Part shown: one piece after another, positions 21,307 to 31,158 of the stretch
Layout of the letters: the number at the start of each line of letters is the position of its first letter
Numbering within the stretch: the stretch's first letter is position 1
Assembly: GCA_963752675.1 (NCBI GenBank)
Contig: CAVVZO010000015.1
Location: 564,906-628,905, forward strand
Direction of reading: 5' to 3'
Length of the DNA stretch: 64,000 bases
Origin: an uncultured Acidobacteriaceae bacterium
Lineage (GTDB): Bacteria > Acidobacteriota > Terriglobia > Terriglobales > Acidobacteriaceae
Program-made: the position numbers and the translations under genes
Notes under the pieces: model-generated
What the model saw: the letters and a program-made list of their open reading frames with translations, nothing else
What the model was told of the DNA's origin: nothing
Databases searched by the model: none

Positions 21307-22089
21307 CTATTCCGCGATCAGTACTTTTGTTAACTTGCGGAGCTTCTTGATCTCCGCTTCTTTAACCCCTTGGTCGGTGATTACCAGGTCGCACTGCTCG
21401 ATGGGGCAGAAGCGATAGACCGCTTCGATCCCAACTTTGCTGCTGTCGATCACCAGGACTCTTTGCTTGCCTGCCTGCAAAATCGCCTTCGGCATCTCCT
21501 GGTCATAGTTCATGGCGCCGCGAGCAAACGATAATGCCGCCGCGCCGAAGAAGACCCGGTCTGCATATACGCTGCCCAGGGCTTCGTCGACACTGCTGCC
21601 ACAAAGGTCATGGCTCACGCGCCGATACACACCGCCGGTCAGGCGCACCTGCACTCCCGTGCTGCCTGCCAGTTCCTCCAGCACCGCGAGTGACGCCGTG
21701 ATCACCACGACATCCCGCCTGGGCGCGAGATGCCTGGCGATGTACTGCGTCGTGGTCCCGGAGTCGAGAACAACGGTCTCCCCATCCTGGACCAGCCCGG
21801 CTGCCGTGCGACCCAGCACATCTTTCGCGGCCGACATCTTTTCTGAGCGCTCGTGGAAAGTTCTTTCCATCGAGCCGGAAGGCGCGACCATCGCACCGCC
21901 AGGCGTGCGAATGATGAGGCCTGCGTCGCTCAATTTGTAGAGCACGCGGCGCACAGTCATTTCGGAAACCGAGAAGCGCTCGGCGATTTCACCAATTCCT
22001 GCGGAGCCCTTCTCCTTGATGTGCAGAAGAATTTCTCCCTGCCGTTCTTCCGAGGAGCGTGGCGCCTGGCGTATGTTCAAAATTCCCAT
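21307..22089 (-). CDS. DeoR/GlpR-family transcriptional regulator
   Basis: The start was trimmed to ATG 22089. HTH motif ERQGEILLHIKEKGSAGIGEIAERFSVSEMTVRRVLYKL. C-terminal sugar-phosphate-binding fold VVLDSGTTTQYIARHL...VITASL...VIDSSK. Confidence 0.85.
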   Translation of the reverse strand: MGILNIRQAPRSSEERQGEILLHIKEKGSAGIGEIAERFSVSEMTVRRVLYKLSDAGLIIRTPGGAMVAPSGSMERTFHERSEKMSAAKDVLGRTAAGLVQDGETVVLDSGTTTQYIARHLAPRRDVVVITASLAVLEELAGSTGVQVRLTGGVYRRVSHDLCGSSVDEALGSVYADRVFFGAAALSFARGAMNYDQEMPKAILQAGKQRVLVIDSSKVGIEAVYRFCPIEQCDLVITDQGVKEAEIKKLRKLTKVLIAE

Positions 22090-22330
22090 AGCTGGTGTTA
22101 ATGAATAACAGACCACAAGCCGGGAGGGTCGTCAAGGAATTTCGCAAAGAGCAGAGGAGCTTGGCGGCGACTGGATGAGAACAAGTTCCTCGCGGCGAGG
22201 GTGGAGATGTCATCCACACTACGAGTTGCAGGTGACTTCGAGAGCAGCTATATCGGTGGCAAGCTAGCGTTTCTGCAGGACTTCAGAGCTGGTTTATTGG
22301 GAGAGGGCGTGACTACTCTGGCAAGAGTGG

Positions 22331-22366
22331 CAAAAAGCAAAGGTGCCTCCGAAGAGGCACCTTTGC
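22331..22366 (-). terminator. Rho-independent terminator downstream of the phosphate transporter gene
   Basis: A 13-bp perfect stem, gcaaaggtgcctc/gaggcacctttgc, carries a UUCG tetraloop on the minus strand. It is followed by TTTTT and lies ~20 nt after the stop at 22385. Confidence 0.85.
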
Positions 22367-22384
22367 CGTGCTTGCGAACGCTGT

Positions 22385-23947
22385 CTATTTAGAAACGAAT
22401 TGAGTGAAGACCCAGAACAGGCCCGCCGACATGAGCCCTGCGACCGGCAGGGTGAAAACCCAGGCGGCAGCGATGTTGCGGATGGTGGACCACTGCAGTC
22501 CGCTCTTGTTAGCCAACATGGTGCCGGCAACACCCGAGGAGAGCACGTGGGTGGTGCTCACCGGCAGACCAAAGTTATCTGCCGCAAGAATGGTACACAT
22601 CGCCACCAGTTCTGCCGATGCGCCCTGGGCGTAAGTGAGATGGGTTTTACCGATCTTCTCACCCACAGTAATTACGATCCGCTTCCAACCAACCATAGTG
22701 CCCAACCCCAAGGCGAGTGCTACCGCCACCTTGACCCAGGGCGGAATGAACTTGGTGGAAAGGTCCAGCTTCTTTTTGTAGTTGGCCATGACCGCGGCTT
22801 CTTCCGGAGAAAAGCTAGGGTTCTTGGCTTTCCCCATCAATCGCAGCGCTTCACTCGAAATGTACATGTCATTGCGCACGTTCGATTGCTGATTGGACGG
22901 TACTCCTTTGAGCGTCTTGTACTGCGCGACTTCGTGCTCGATCTCCAGCACCATCTGGCGTTCCGCCAGGACAGTAGTCGGGGTGAGCTTTTTGGTCTGC
23001 AAATACTCCGTAAGATCCGCACGCGGGTCGCCCATGACCGCAGTGGACTCCACATGGGCCGTCAGTACTTTGGCAGCCTGTTCTGATACTGCAACGAAGT
23101 CCTGTACCTGGCTGTACCCGACAGCGTGGTTCAAGGCATATGCGGTGGGCACGGTGCCGATCAGGATGAGCATGATGAGCCCCATGCCCTTCTGGCCATC
23201 GTTCGAGCCATGGGCAAAACTCACACCAGTGCAGGTCATGACCAGCAGGCAGCGAATCCAGAAGGGCGGCGGAGCATCGCTGGAGGGTGCTTCGTACAGG
23301 CGCTTGTCTTTGACCAGAAGCTTGAACAACAGCAGCACCAGGCCAGAGAAGACAAAGCCGACGATGGGCGAGATCAGAAGAGCCTGAAAGACCTTACCTA
23401 CCTGCGACCAATCCACACCGGTGGTGCCTTTCGTCGCTGACATGAACTGGTTGGCAAGCCCTACACCGATGATGGAGCCGATAAGGGTATGCGAGCTGGA
23501 CGCGGGCAGACCAAACCACCAGGTGCTCAGATTCCAGATGATGGCCGATACCAGCAGGGCGAATACCATGGCAAATCCGGCGCCAGAACCGACGCGGAGG
23601 ATTAACTCAACCGGCAGCAACGAAACTACTGCGAAGGCCACAGCCCCGGACGAGAGCATGACGCCGATGAGGTTCCACAAGCCAGACCACATTACGGCTA
23701 CGTGCGGTTCGAGCGAATGAGTGTAGATCACGGTAGCTACTGCATTGGCAGTGTCATGGAACCCATTGACAAACTCAAAACCGAGCGCGATGAAGAGCGC
23801 AACGCCCAGCAGAACATAGGCCATGGTGGACGCGGTGCGGCCTGCCGACAAAACATCGCCAAGGAACTGCGATGCGGCCCAGCCGAGACCGCCAACAAGT
23901 ACAAGAGCGAAGATGATCATCGGCATCTTGCCTTGTTTTCTGTTCAT
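22385..23947 (-). CDS. pitA: Inorganic phosphate transporter, PiT (PHO4) family
   Basis: NGFHDTANAVATVIY and AHGSNDGQKGMGLIML are the two PiT signature repeats. The large central loop is typical of the family. The start was trimmed to ATG 23947, and the upstream extension is non-hydrophobic. Confidence 0.85.
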   Translation of the reverse strand: MNRKQGKMPMIIFALVLVGGLGWAASQFLGDVLSAGRTASTMAYVLLGVALFIALGFEFVNGFHDTANAVATVIYTHSLEPHVAVMWSGLWNLIGVMLSSGAVAFAVVSLLPVELILRVGSGAGFAMVFALLVSAIIWNLSTWWFGLPASSSHTLIGSIIGVGLANQFMSATKGTTGVDWSQVGKVFQALLISPIVGFVFSGLVLLLFKLLVKDKRLYEAPSSDAPPPFWIRCLLVMTCTGVSFAHGSNDGQKGMGLIMLILIGTVPTAYALNHAVGYSQVQDFVAVSEQAAKVLTAHVESTAVMGDPRADLTEYLQTKKLTPTTVLAERQMVLEIEHEVAQYKTLKGVPSNQQSNVRNDMYISSEALRLMGKAKNPSFSPEEAAVMANYKKKLDLSTKFIPPWVKVAVALALGLGTMVGWKRIVITVGEKIGKTHLTYAQGASAELVAMCTILAADNFGLPVSTTHVLSSGVAGTMLANKSGLQWSTIRNIAAAWVFTLPVAGLMSAGLFWVFTQFVSK

Positions 23948-24304
23948 CTTTTCCTGGAGAAGAGAAGTTTTCCCCGGGGGTGTTAACACTGCTGAAGAAA
24001 CATCGGTCACGCGCGCACACTCCACTGTTAGGTATTCGCACGCTACCAAAGCCGATGGTGGGTATTGTTAATTGCCAGCCCAAGAGTGTTAAAGTTCTGC
24101 GAATTAAGGTAAGAGTTCAAAATGCATACACCCCCTCGGACCCGTGGCTGTCCATGGTGCGCCATATCTCACGACGGCTTCTTGGTCGGGAGCTGTGGGA
24201 ATCAATGACTTAGCCAGTAACTGCTTACTAGTAAATACCGGTCAGTGGGTCGAGACGGTAGAAACCCGCCGGGGACAGTGGGAGAGAGATTTTGCGGGGT
24301 GCGG

Positions 24305-25144
24305 CTAGCGCCAGTCGTCCCTGGCTTGGAAAGCGCCTTCGCCAAAGACGGATTCAAACGAAGGGTGCTTTTTAATGTAGACCTCGTTGAAGTTGCCTTC
24401 CTGGCGGAGCAGCACTCCCTGCAGACGAACCATCTCCAGCAGCGCGAGAAACATGCAAATGATGGCGCGCTCAGAGCGTGTGTTTCTGAGCAGGCTGCTC
24501 AACGAGACCGGGCGGTCTTCCATGATCAGCCGGCGCCGAACGTAGTCCAGCATCTGGGTGACGGTGACGGCGTCCTCGTTCAGATCGAGCACCGGCCTTT
24601 GCCGGGCCCGGTCCAGAATTTCGCGGAACACTCGCACAAGGTCGACCGTATCCGCGGCAATTTCCTGCTCGGTTCCCTCTTCGCCGCGGAACTCGTGCAA
24701 TGCCGGGTTGGTCCAGGTAGCTGCTTCAATCTGCTGTTTTTGTAACAGCATCTGAGCGGCATTCTTGAAACGTTCGTGCTCCAGCAACCGCTCCACGAGT
24801 TCCCGGCGCGGATCTTCTTGCTCGCCGTCTGTACCCTCCGCTGGTGCGCGCGGCAACAGCATGCGGCTCTTGATATGGATCAGCAGCGAGGCGACGTAGA
24901 TGAAGTCAGCCGCTGCATCGACCTCGGTTTGCTTCAACCCTTCGACATAGGCGAGGAACTGGGCCGTGATTCTGCCGATGGGGATGTCATAAATGTCGAT
25001 ATCCTGCTTACGAATGAGGTCGAGCAGCAAATCGAGAGGACCGTCGTACACCTGGCCTACGCTGATGCTGTAGGGCGAGAGGCTTTCTTCCGCGTCTCGC
25101 TTTTTGGCCTGCTTCTCGGGTTGGCTCCGGACCTCTTCGCTCAT
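24305..25144 (-). CDS. scpA: Segregation and condensation protein A (kleisin ScpA)
   Basis: YDGPLDLLLDLIRKQDIDIYDIPIGRITAQFLAYV... There is a 4-nt overlap with trpS upstream. Confidence 0.85.
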   Translation of the reverse strand: MSEEVRSQPEKQAKKRDAEESLSPYSISVGQVYDGPLDLLLDLIRKQDIDIYDIPIGRITAQFLAYVEGLKQTEVDAAADFIYVASLLIHIKSRMLLPRAPAEGTDGEQEDPRRELVERLLEHERFKNAAQMLLQKQQIEAATWTNPALHEFRGEEGTEQEIAADTVDLVRVFREILDRARQRPVLDLNEDAVTVTQMLDYVRRRLIMEDRPVSLSSLLRNTRSERAIICMFLALLEMVRLQGVLLRQEGNFNEVYIKKHPSFESVFGEGAFQARDDWR

Positions 25145-26199
25145 TGCGCGGGCGCTCCCTGCTCAAGCGGCAGCAGGTGCATGGCATCCCTCACCTGCTC
25201 CATGGTTTCTTCAGCGCGGGCGCGGGCAAGTTCTGATCCGCGATGGAGAATGTCGTGCACCAGGCGGGGCTGATCCTCGTACTGCCGACGGCGCTCCTGC
25301 ATGGGCGTGAGTTCTGCCACGATGGCATCCGCAGCCCACCCCTTGCACTCGATACAACCGATGCCTGCGGAGCGGCAGCCGGCGTACACCTTCTCGAGCG
25401 TGGGTTGCGACGAAAATACCTTGTGCAGATCACCCACCGGGCACTTGTCCGGATCGCCTGGATCGCTTCGCCGCACGCGCGCCGGATCGGTGACCATGGT
25501 CTTCAGCTTTTGCCGCACGATGGGTTCGGGATCCGTGAGCAGGATGGTGTTGCCATAGCTCTTCGACATTTTGCGGCCATCGGTGCCCGGTAACTTGGGC
25601 GAGGGCGTCAGCAGTACCTGGGGTTCGGGCAAAATAGCCGCGCCGCCACTGCCAGGGTAGAAATGATTGAATCGCCGCGCCACTTCCCGGGTTACTTCCA
25701 CATGCGCCACCTGGTCCTGGCCTACCGGCACGAAATCCGCCTGATAGATGAGGATATCGGTTGCCATCAACAGCGGATACCCCAAAAAGCCGTAGGTGGT
25801 GAGATCTTTCCCGCCAGCCTCAACATTGCCAATCTGTAACTGTTGCTCTTTATAAGTAGGTACGCGCTCCAGCCAGCCAAGCGGCATGATCATCGACAGC
25901 AGCAGGTGCAGCTCGGCGTGCTGGGGCACCTGGGACTGCACAAACAGGACGCAGCGCTCGGGGTCGAGCCCCGCAGCCAGCCAATCGAGCGCTACATCCG
26001 CGGTGTTCTGGCGCACGTTTGAGGTATCGGCGTAATCCGTCGTGAGCGCATGCCAGTCGGCTACGAAAAAGTAGCAGTTATAGTCGTGCTGCAGGCGCAC
26101 CCAGTTGTAGAGCGCTCCCATGTAGTTGCCTAGGTGCAATTTTCCGGTGGGGCGCATGCCGCTCAGCACGCGTTTCAGGTTTTTAGAATGTTGGTTCAC
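25141..26199 (-). CDS. trpS: Tryptophan--tRNA ligase
   Basis: SGMRPTGKLHLGNYMGAL is the HIGH-type motif. KMSKSYGN is the KMSKS motif. Length is 352 aa. Confidence 0.92.
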   Translation of the reverse strand: MNQHSKNLKRVLSGMRPTGKLHLGNYMGALYNWVRLQHDYNCYFFVADWHALTTDYADTSNVRQNTADVALDWLAAGLDPERCVLFVQSQVPQHAELHLLLSMIMPLGWLERVPTYKEQQLQIGNVEAGGKDLTTYGFLGYPLLMATDILIYQADFVPVGQDQVAHVEVTREVARRFNHFYPGSGGAAILPEPQVLLTPSPKLPGTDGRKMSKSYGNTILLTDPEPIVRQKLKTMVTDPARVRRSDPGDPDKCPVGDLHKVFSSQPTLEKVYAGCRSAGIGCIECKGWAADAIVAELTPMQERRRQYEDQPRLVHDILHRGSELARARAEETMEQVRDAMHLLPLEQGAPAQ

Positions 26200-26220
26200 T
26201 GGCTCGATTGTACGGAACCT

Positions 26221-26991
26221 CTAGAGGGATAGCAGCAAAACGCGGAAGAAGCCGAGCACCGGGTTGATCATCGCCATGGTGACGCCGCCGCCGAAGAACA
26301 GCATGATAAACAGGCTCAACATGCCCAGCCGGTCATACACCGGGAGCCAGCGGTAAGGCAGCATGTGGCGAAAGATGTGGCTGCCGTCGAGCGGAGGCAG
26401 GGGCAAAAGGTTAAACGCCGCCAGGAACAGGTTGAGCAACATGCCGAAGTAGAAAATCAGCGTCAGCGGGTAAGCGACAGGGCTGAGTGCCATCAGCTGC
26501 GGGTCAGGCCCGCTCATGCCTCGCATGGCCACTGACCGCACCGATGCCAGACCAATCGGGGATGCCTTGGCGATGACCATCAACACGATCAACGAAAACA
26601 CGGAGCCAATGATGTTGCTCACGGGTCCCGCCAGGGTGGTGAGAATGTCGTCGCGCACAAAATTCTTGAAGTTGCGGGTGTTCACCGGTGTCGGCTTGGC
26701 CCACCCGATCAATGGAATATGCGTAAACAGGGCTACCAGCGGCAGGGCGATCGTGCCGATCGGATCGATGTGCTTTAGCGGATTAAGAGTGATGCGGCCC
26801 AGCATGCGTGCGGTCTGGTCGCCCAGACGCGACGCCATCCATCCATGTGCCGACTCATGCAGACTGAGCGCGAACAGCAATACAACAAATTCAAAGATCC
26901 CAAGAACGATTTCAGGCGTGCCCATCCAGCCTGATGGTAGCACGGTAAACCCGGCTTTTTCGGGGTTCCGGAGGCCGGGCCTGCTGGCCAC
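26221..26991 (-). CDS. Site-2 protease family (peptidase M50) membrane metalloprotease
   Basis: HESAHGWMA (HExxH) and NLLPLPPLDGSH (NxxPxxxLDG). The start is uncertain: GTG 26991 or ATG 26925. Confidence 0.8.
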   Translation of the reverse strand: MASRPGLRNPEKAGFTVLPSGWMGTPEIVLGIFEFVVLLFALSLHESAHGWMASRLGDQTARMLGRITLNPLKHIDPIGTIALPLVALFTHIPLIGWAKPTPVNTRNFKNFVRDDILTTLAGPVSNIIGSVFSLIVLMVIAKASPIGLASVRSVAMRGMSGPDPQLMALSPVAYPLTLIFYFGMLLNLFLAAFNLLPLPPLDGSHIFRHMLPYRWLPVYDRLGMLSLFIMLFFGGGVTMAMINPVLGFFRVLLLSL

Positions 26992-26997
26992 TCGGCC

Positions 26998-27789
26998 CTA
27001 GGTGGATGGCTTGCGTTTGATCTCTTTCGCGGGCACGCCGCCCCAGATAGCGTGGGCAGGAACGTCTTTGGTAGCGACCCCCATGGCGCCCAGCATGGCG
27101 TCTTCGCCGATGGTGACCCCAGCCATCACCGCTGAGTGATAGGTCAGCCGGGTGCCCGGCCCAATCTCAGTGGTGCGGTTCTCCACGTCGAAGTAGTCAG
27201 TGGCCTGATGCCAGTGTGAATACACCGCCGCGTAGTCGGAAATGGAGGTGCCCTTGCGGATGATCAGTTCGCCCCGGTCATCGAGCATGACGAACTTGTG
27301 GATGGTGCAGTCGTCCTCAATGGTCAGGTTGTATCCATAACTGAACTCGACCCCGTGGAAGATTTTCACGTTCTTGCCCACGTGTTTGAAAATGTGTTTG
27401 GCGAGCATCTTGCGAAAGCGAAAGCCCAGCCAATGGTTCAGACCGAGCGCCGAGCGGTCGAACATCTGCCAGAACCAGATCAGGGGTTTGCGTTCGGCAT
27501 ATTTGGCCACGTCCACGTCGCCATAGTACTCGGGTTCCAGGGTCACGTTGGCGGGATCGAGCGTCAACTGCAGAACGTTGCCAGGTAACTCGGATAAAAG
27601 GGTGGTGTTCAGTTTGCCGCCGTGGGGGCGCCCCAGGTAGATCTGGTGCAGCGCATCGCGCACCATTTCGTTGCGCAGACGCGGCTCTTTATGACGGGTG
27701 AACTCCTCATCGAGGTGGGCAATCCAGCGCCGGAATACATCTTCGCCCTCGGCGGTTGGGCGTAGCTCGCGGTATTGATATCTCGGCAT
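26998..27789 (-). CDS. Hexapeptide-repeat (left-handed beta-helix) acyltransferase
   Basis: The C-terminal half shows hexapeptide periodicity (GTSISDYAAVY...IGPGTRLTYHSAVMAGVTIGEDAMLGAMGVATKDVPAHAIWGGVPAK). The substrate is unknown. Confidence 0.65.
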   Translation of the reverse strand: MPRYQYRELRPTAEGEDVFRRWIAHLDEEFTRHKEPRLRNEMVRDALHQIYLGRPHGGKLNTTLLSELPGNVLQLTLDPANVTLEPEYYGDVDVAKYAERKPLIWFWQMFDRSALGLNHWLGFRFRKMLAKHIFKHVGKNVKIFHGVEFSYGYNLTIEDDCTIHKFVMLDDRGELIIRKGTSISDYAAVYSHWHQATDYFDVENRTTEIGPGTRLTYHSAVMAGVTIGEDAMLGAMGVATKDVPAHAIWGGVPAKEIKRKPST

Positions 27790-27829
27790 CGATCAGCGTC
27801 CCTTTCTTCTCAGCATACGACGCAATGGG

Positions 27830-28567
27830 CTACTGGATACTGAACACGGCGTAGACGGTGGCGGAAGCGCTCACCTTTTGCGCGCTGATGCTGAGCGGGG
27901 CGACTTGTTGTGCCGCGCAGCGGCGCACCCGATTCTTTCCTCATCATGACAATCGGCGACGGCTGCCGCGAAGGCGCTTCGTTGCTGGCGTACACCAGGG
28001 GACCGAGGGTGGCATTCAAGCCGCCGGCCATCTGTTGGGCGATCTGCCGGGCACGTTCGAGGGCCAGCTTAGCGGCTTTGGCCTGCAGCCCATCCTGGTC
28101 TTCGACACTCCATGTCATTTGGCCGCTTTGGTTGGCCCCTGCCTTGACGGCGGTATCCAATACCTGTGCGCCATTGGCAGCGCCAGTTTTCACCGTCCAG
28201 CCCTGCTCTACCTGGAACTTGCGGCTGGCTTTCTCGGCGGGTGTCCACTCCTGATTGCCATATTGCTGCACGGGCGTGATGCTTTGCGATTGGCTTTGAA
28301 TGGCTTCTTTCGGGATTTTGGCGGCGGCCAAAGCCGCAGCAATGCGTTCGATGTTTTGGAGCCGAGGGCGTAGGCCGAGTCCTGATCTGCGCCGTATACC
28401 AGGTAGCCGATCTGCACCGTGACGGTGTCGGCATCCGCACTTGCGTCTGCGCTGGTGGTGACCGCAATGGTGCGATTGTCTTTGCTAACCACAATCTGCT
28501 GGGCGTGGCTGGTGGCGGCCAGGGCACACACGATGAGGGCGGCGGAGAGGCGTTGTTTGGGCGTCAT
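27830..28567 (-). pseudogene. SIMPL-domain (DUF541) periplasmic protein, with two frameshifts (28354-28357 and ~27905-27935)
   Basis: Signal peptide MTPKQRLSAALIVCALAATSHAQ is followed by SIMPL-like sequence spread over three frames. Restoring one A in the AAAA run gives GSKNIERIAAALAAAKIPKEAIQ. The C-terminus PLSISAQKVSASATVYAVFSIQ lies in a third frame. Confidence 0.65.
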
Positions 28568-28575
28568 ACGGCTCC

Positions 28576-29613
28576 TTACGACCGGGCAAGGCCAGGCTGC
28601 TCCCGCAGGAGCGACAGCAGCCGCAAGCCGGCACCTGAGTCTATCGCGTCCGCGCCGCGGCGCACACCGCTGGGGAAATCAGTAGCCAGGCCGGCGATCA
28701 TCAGCGCAGCGGCGGCATTCAGCAGAACCACATCCCGCCGCGCTCCTTGCTCGCCGCCCAGGATCGCCTCCACCAGACGCGCGTTCTCACTAGCGTTGCC
28801 TCCTGCCAATGCTGCCACGGGAGCGGGGTTCAGGCCCGCGTGTTGCGGGGTGAGGGTGAAGTTGCGGATTGTGGATTCCTGTACTTCCGCAACGTCGCTC
28901 GGACCGCTTAGGGACAGCTCGTCGAGGCCGTCCTGCCCGTGTACGACCAAAGCATGCCGCACACCGAGTTGGGCCAGGGTCTCGGCCATCAAACGCACAG
29001 CCGTGGATTGGTAAACGCCGACCACTTGGGCGCGGGCGCCCGCGGGATTGGTGAGGGGGCCGGCGAGATTAAAGATCGTCCGGAAACCGAGTGCCCGGCG
29101 CACCGGTTGCACCCGCTTCATCGCCGGGTGCAGGGCGGGTGCGTAGAGGAACATGAAGCCAGTTTGGCGGAGGCACTCCACTGCCTGGGCGGGAGTTAGC
29201 TCGACCGGTATGCCGAGTGCTTCCAGCACGTCCGCTGAGCCGCATTTCGAGGTCACCCCGCGGTTGCCGTGCTTGGCGACTTTGGCTCCGGCCGCCGCGG
29301 CTACCAGCGCGGAAGCAGTGGAGATGTTGAAGGTGCCGAGACTATCTCCGCCAGTGCCGCAGGTGTCGACCAGCTGGCCCCGTTCTTCGTCGCTAAGCGC
29401 AAGCGGCAAGCTAACTGCGCGCATGCCGCGGACAAAACCCGTCAGCTCTTGTACCGTCGGGCCACGGTTTGCGAGCGCAGTAAGGAAGGAGGCGACTTCC
29501 GCGTCGGTCGCATCGCCGGTCAGCATTTCCTGCAGAGCGGCTTGCGCCTGGGTCTCGCTAAGGGTGCCTTGAGCTCCGCTGACGATCTCGAGCAAGGCGG
29601 CCAATTGGGACAT
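28576..29613 (-). CDS. trpD: Anthranilate phosphoribosyltransferase
   Basis: DTCGTGGDSLGTFNIST, KHGNRGVTSKCGSADVLEALG, FNLAGPLTNPA. Confidence 0.92.
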   Translation of the reverse strand: MSQLAALLEIVSGAQGTLSETQAQAALQEMLTGDATDAEVASFLTALANRGPTVQELTGFVRGMRAVSLPLALSDEERGQLVDTCGTGGDSLGTFNISTASALVAAAAGAKVAKHGNRGVTSKCGSADVLEALGIPVELTPAQAVECLRQTGFMFLYAPALHPAMKRVQPVRRALGFRTIFNLAGPLTNPAGARAQVVGVYQSTAVRLMAETLAQLGVRHALVVHGQDGLDELSLSGPSDVAEVQESTIRNFTLTPQHAGLNPAPVAALAGGNASENARLVEAILGGEQGARRDVVLLNAAAALMIAGLATDFPSGVRRGADAIDSGAGLRLLSLLREQPGLARS

Positions 29614-29693
29614 AGCTCATCGTACCCGCTGCGCCGCTGATCCCTTCTAACCATGTGCACCACTAACGACCGCATCATCACAATGCGGGGTGC

Positions 29694-29726
29694 CCCACAT
29701 CTCGCTGGTGTTTCGCGAGATGTGGG
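29694..29726. repeat. Isolated REP-like perfect hairpin (12-bp stem), a different family from the others
   Basis: cccacatctcgc-(9 nt)-gcgagatgtggg, in the trpD/sucC divergent intergenic region. Confidence 0.6.
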
Positions 29727-29948
29727 AGGGCCTTTACCTCTCCTTTCCTCGACCGCACCAACCGGGGAAGAGTCGCTGCCGATTCCCGTGCCCCCACACC
29801 TCCCGGCAAAAAGCGGTCGCGAGATATGGGTCGAGAAGTTGTTGCGCTGCCGGGGTCACGAGAGTTTGCTGCCTGCGAGACCAGCCGTTGGTTTTGCGGT
29901 ATGGGTGCGATGCCTTACTATGGAGGTTCTGTTCAACCGACTAAACGA

Positions 29949-31136
29949 ATGAAAATTCACGAGTATCAGGCAAAAGACATCCTCGAACGGTACGGCGTCG
30001 CCGTGCCGAAGGGGGAAGTGGCGAACACGCTGGAAGAGTCGCTGGATGTAGCGAAACGGCTGTTCACCGGAGGCGCCAAAGGCGTCGTAGTCAAGGCACA
30101 GATTCATGCCGGCGGCCGCGGCAAGGGAGGCGGCGTCAAGGTCGCTAAAACCCTGGCAGATGCGGAAGAAGCCGCCAAAAAGATTCTTGGCATGCAGCTG
30201 GTCACCCATCAGACTGGCCCCGACGGCCAGAAGGTGCAACGGCTGCTGGTAGAAGAGATGTCGCCGATCGCACGCGAACTCTACCTCGGTATCGTGCTGG
30301 ATCGCGCAACCGCCAAGCTGGTGTTTATGGCTTCGCAGGCCGGCGGCATGGAGATCGAAGAAGTCGCAGCCAAAGATCCGGATGCGATTTACAAGGCCTA
30401 CATTGATCCCGCAGTCGGATTTCAGCCCTACCAGGCACGCAAACTCGCGTTTGCCCTGGGACTGAAGCCATCCATGATCAATGATGCGGTGAAGTTCATG
30501 ACCGGTCTCTACAAGGTGTTCCTGGAGACGGACGCTTCCCTGCTGGAGATCAATCCCTTCATCACGACCACGGACGATCGCCTGCTGGCGCTCGATTGCA
30601 AGATCAACTTCGATGACAACGCCATCTTCCGGCACAAGGAACTGAAGGAACTGCGCGACACCGCGGAAGAAGATCCGTTGGAAGTGGAAGCCTCGAAGTA
30701 CGCGCTGAACTACATCAAGCTGGATGGCAACATCGCGTGCATGGTGAATGGCGCTGGCCTGGCGATGGCGACCATGGACATCATTCAGTACGCAGGCGGC
30801 TCGCCGGCAAACTTCCTGGATGTGGGCGGCGGCGCGAACCAGCAGCAGATTGAGCATGCGTTCGAGATCCTGCTTTCCGATCCCAACGTGCAGGGTGTGT
30901 TCATCAACATCTTCGGCGGCATCCTGCGGGTGGACACCCTGGCACAGGGCGTCGTGGAAGCGGCGAAGAAAACCAATGTCAAGGTGCCGGTAATCCTGCG
31001 GCTGGAAGGCACGAACGTGGAAGAAGGCCGGGCCATTCTGAAGAACTCCGGGCTGAACTTCATCGTTGGCGAAACCATGCAGGATGCCGCAGCCAAAGCG
31101 GTCAACGCGGCCAAAGAATACGCCGCCAAGAAATAA
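29949..31136 (+). CDS. sucC: Succinate--CoA ligase (ADP-forming) beta subunit
   Basis: The start was trimmed to ATG 29949, giving [17 protein letters not shown]. The product is ~395 aa with the ATP-grasp and ligase-CoA pattern ([17 protein letters not shown]). Confidence 0.93.
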   Translation: MKIHEYQAKDILERYGVAVPKGEVANTLEESLDVAKRLFTGGAKGVVVKAQIHAGGRGKGGGVKVAKTLADAEEAAKKILGMQLVTHQTGPDGQKVQRLLVEEMSPIARELYLGIVLDRATAKLVFMASQAGGMEIEEVAAKDPDAIYKAYIDPAVGFQPYQARKLAFALGLKPSMINDAVKFMTGLYKVFLETDASLLEINPFITTTDDRLLALDCKINFDDNAIFRHKELKELRDTAEEDPLEVEASKYALNYIKLDGNIACMVNGAGLAMATMDIIQYAGGSPANFLDVGGGANQQQIEHAFEILLSDPNVQGVFINIFGGILRVDTLAQGVVEAAKKTNVKVPVILRLEGTNVEEGRAILKNSGLNFIVGETMQDAAAKAVNAAKEYAAKK

Positions 31137-31158
31137 AACAGGAACTCTGGAGCGATCT

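Noticed and set aside
6909-24304. Calling the block between scpB and scpA a genomic island or mobile element.
   Set aside because: No integrase, transposase, tRNA target or boundary direct repeats are visible. Only the synteny break is reported, as a finding.
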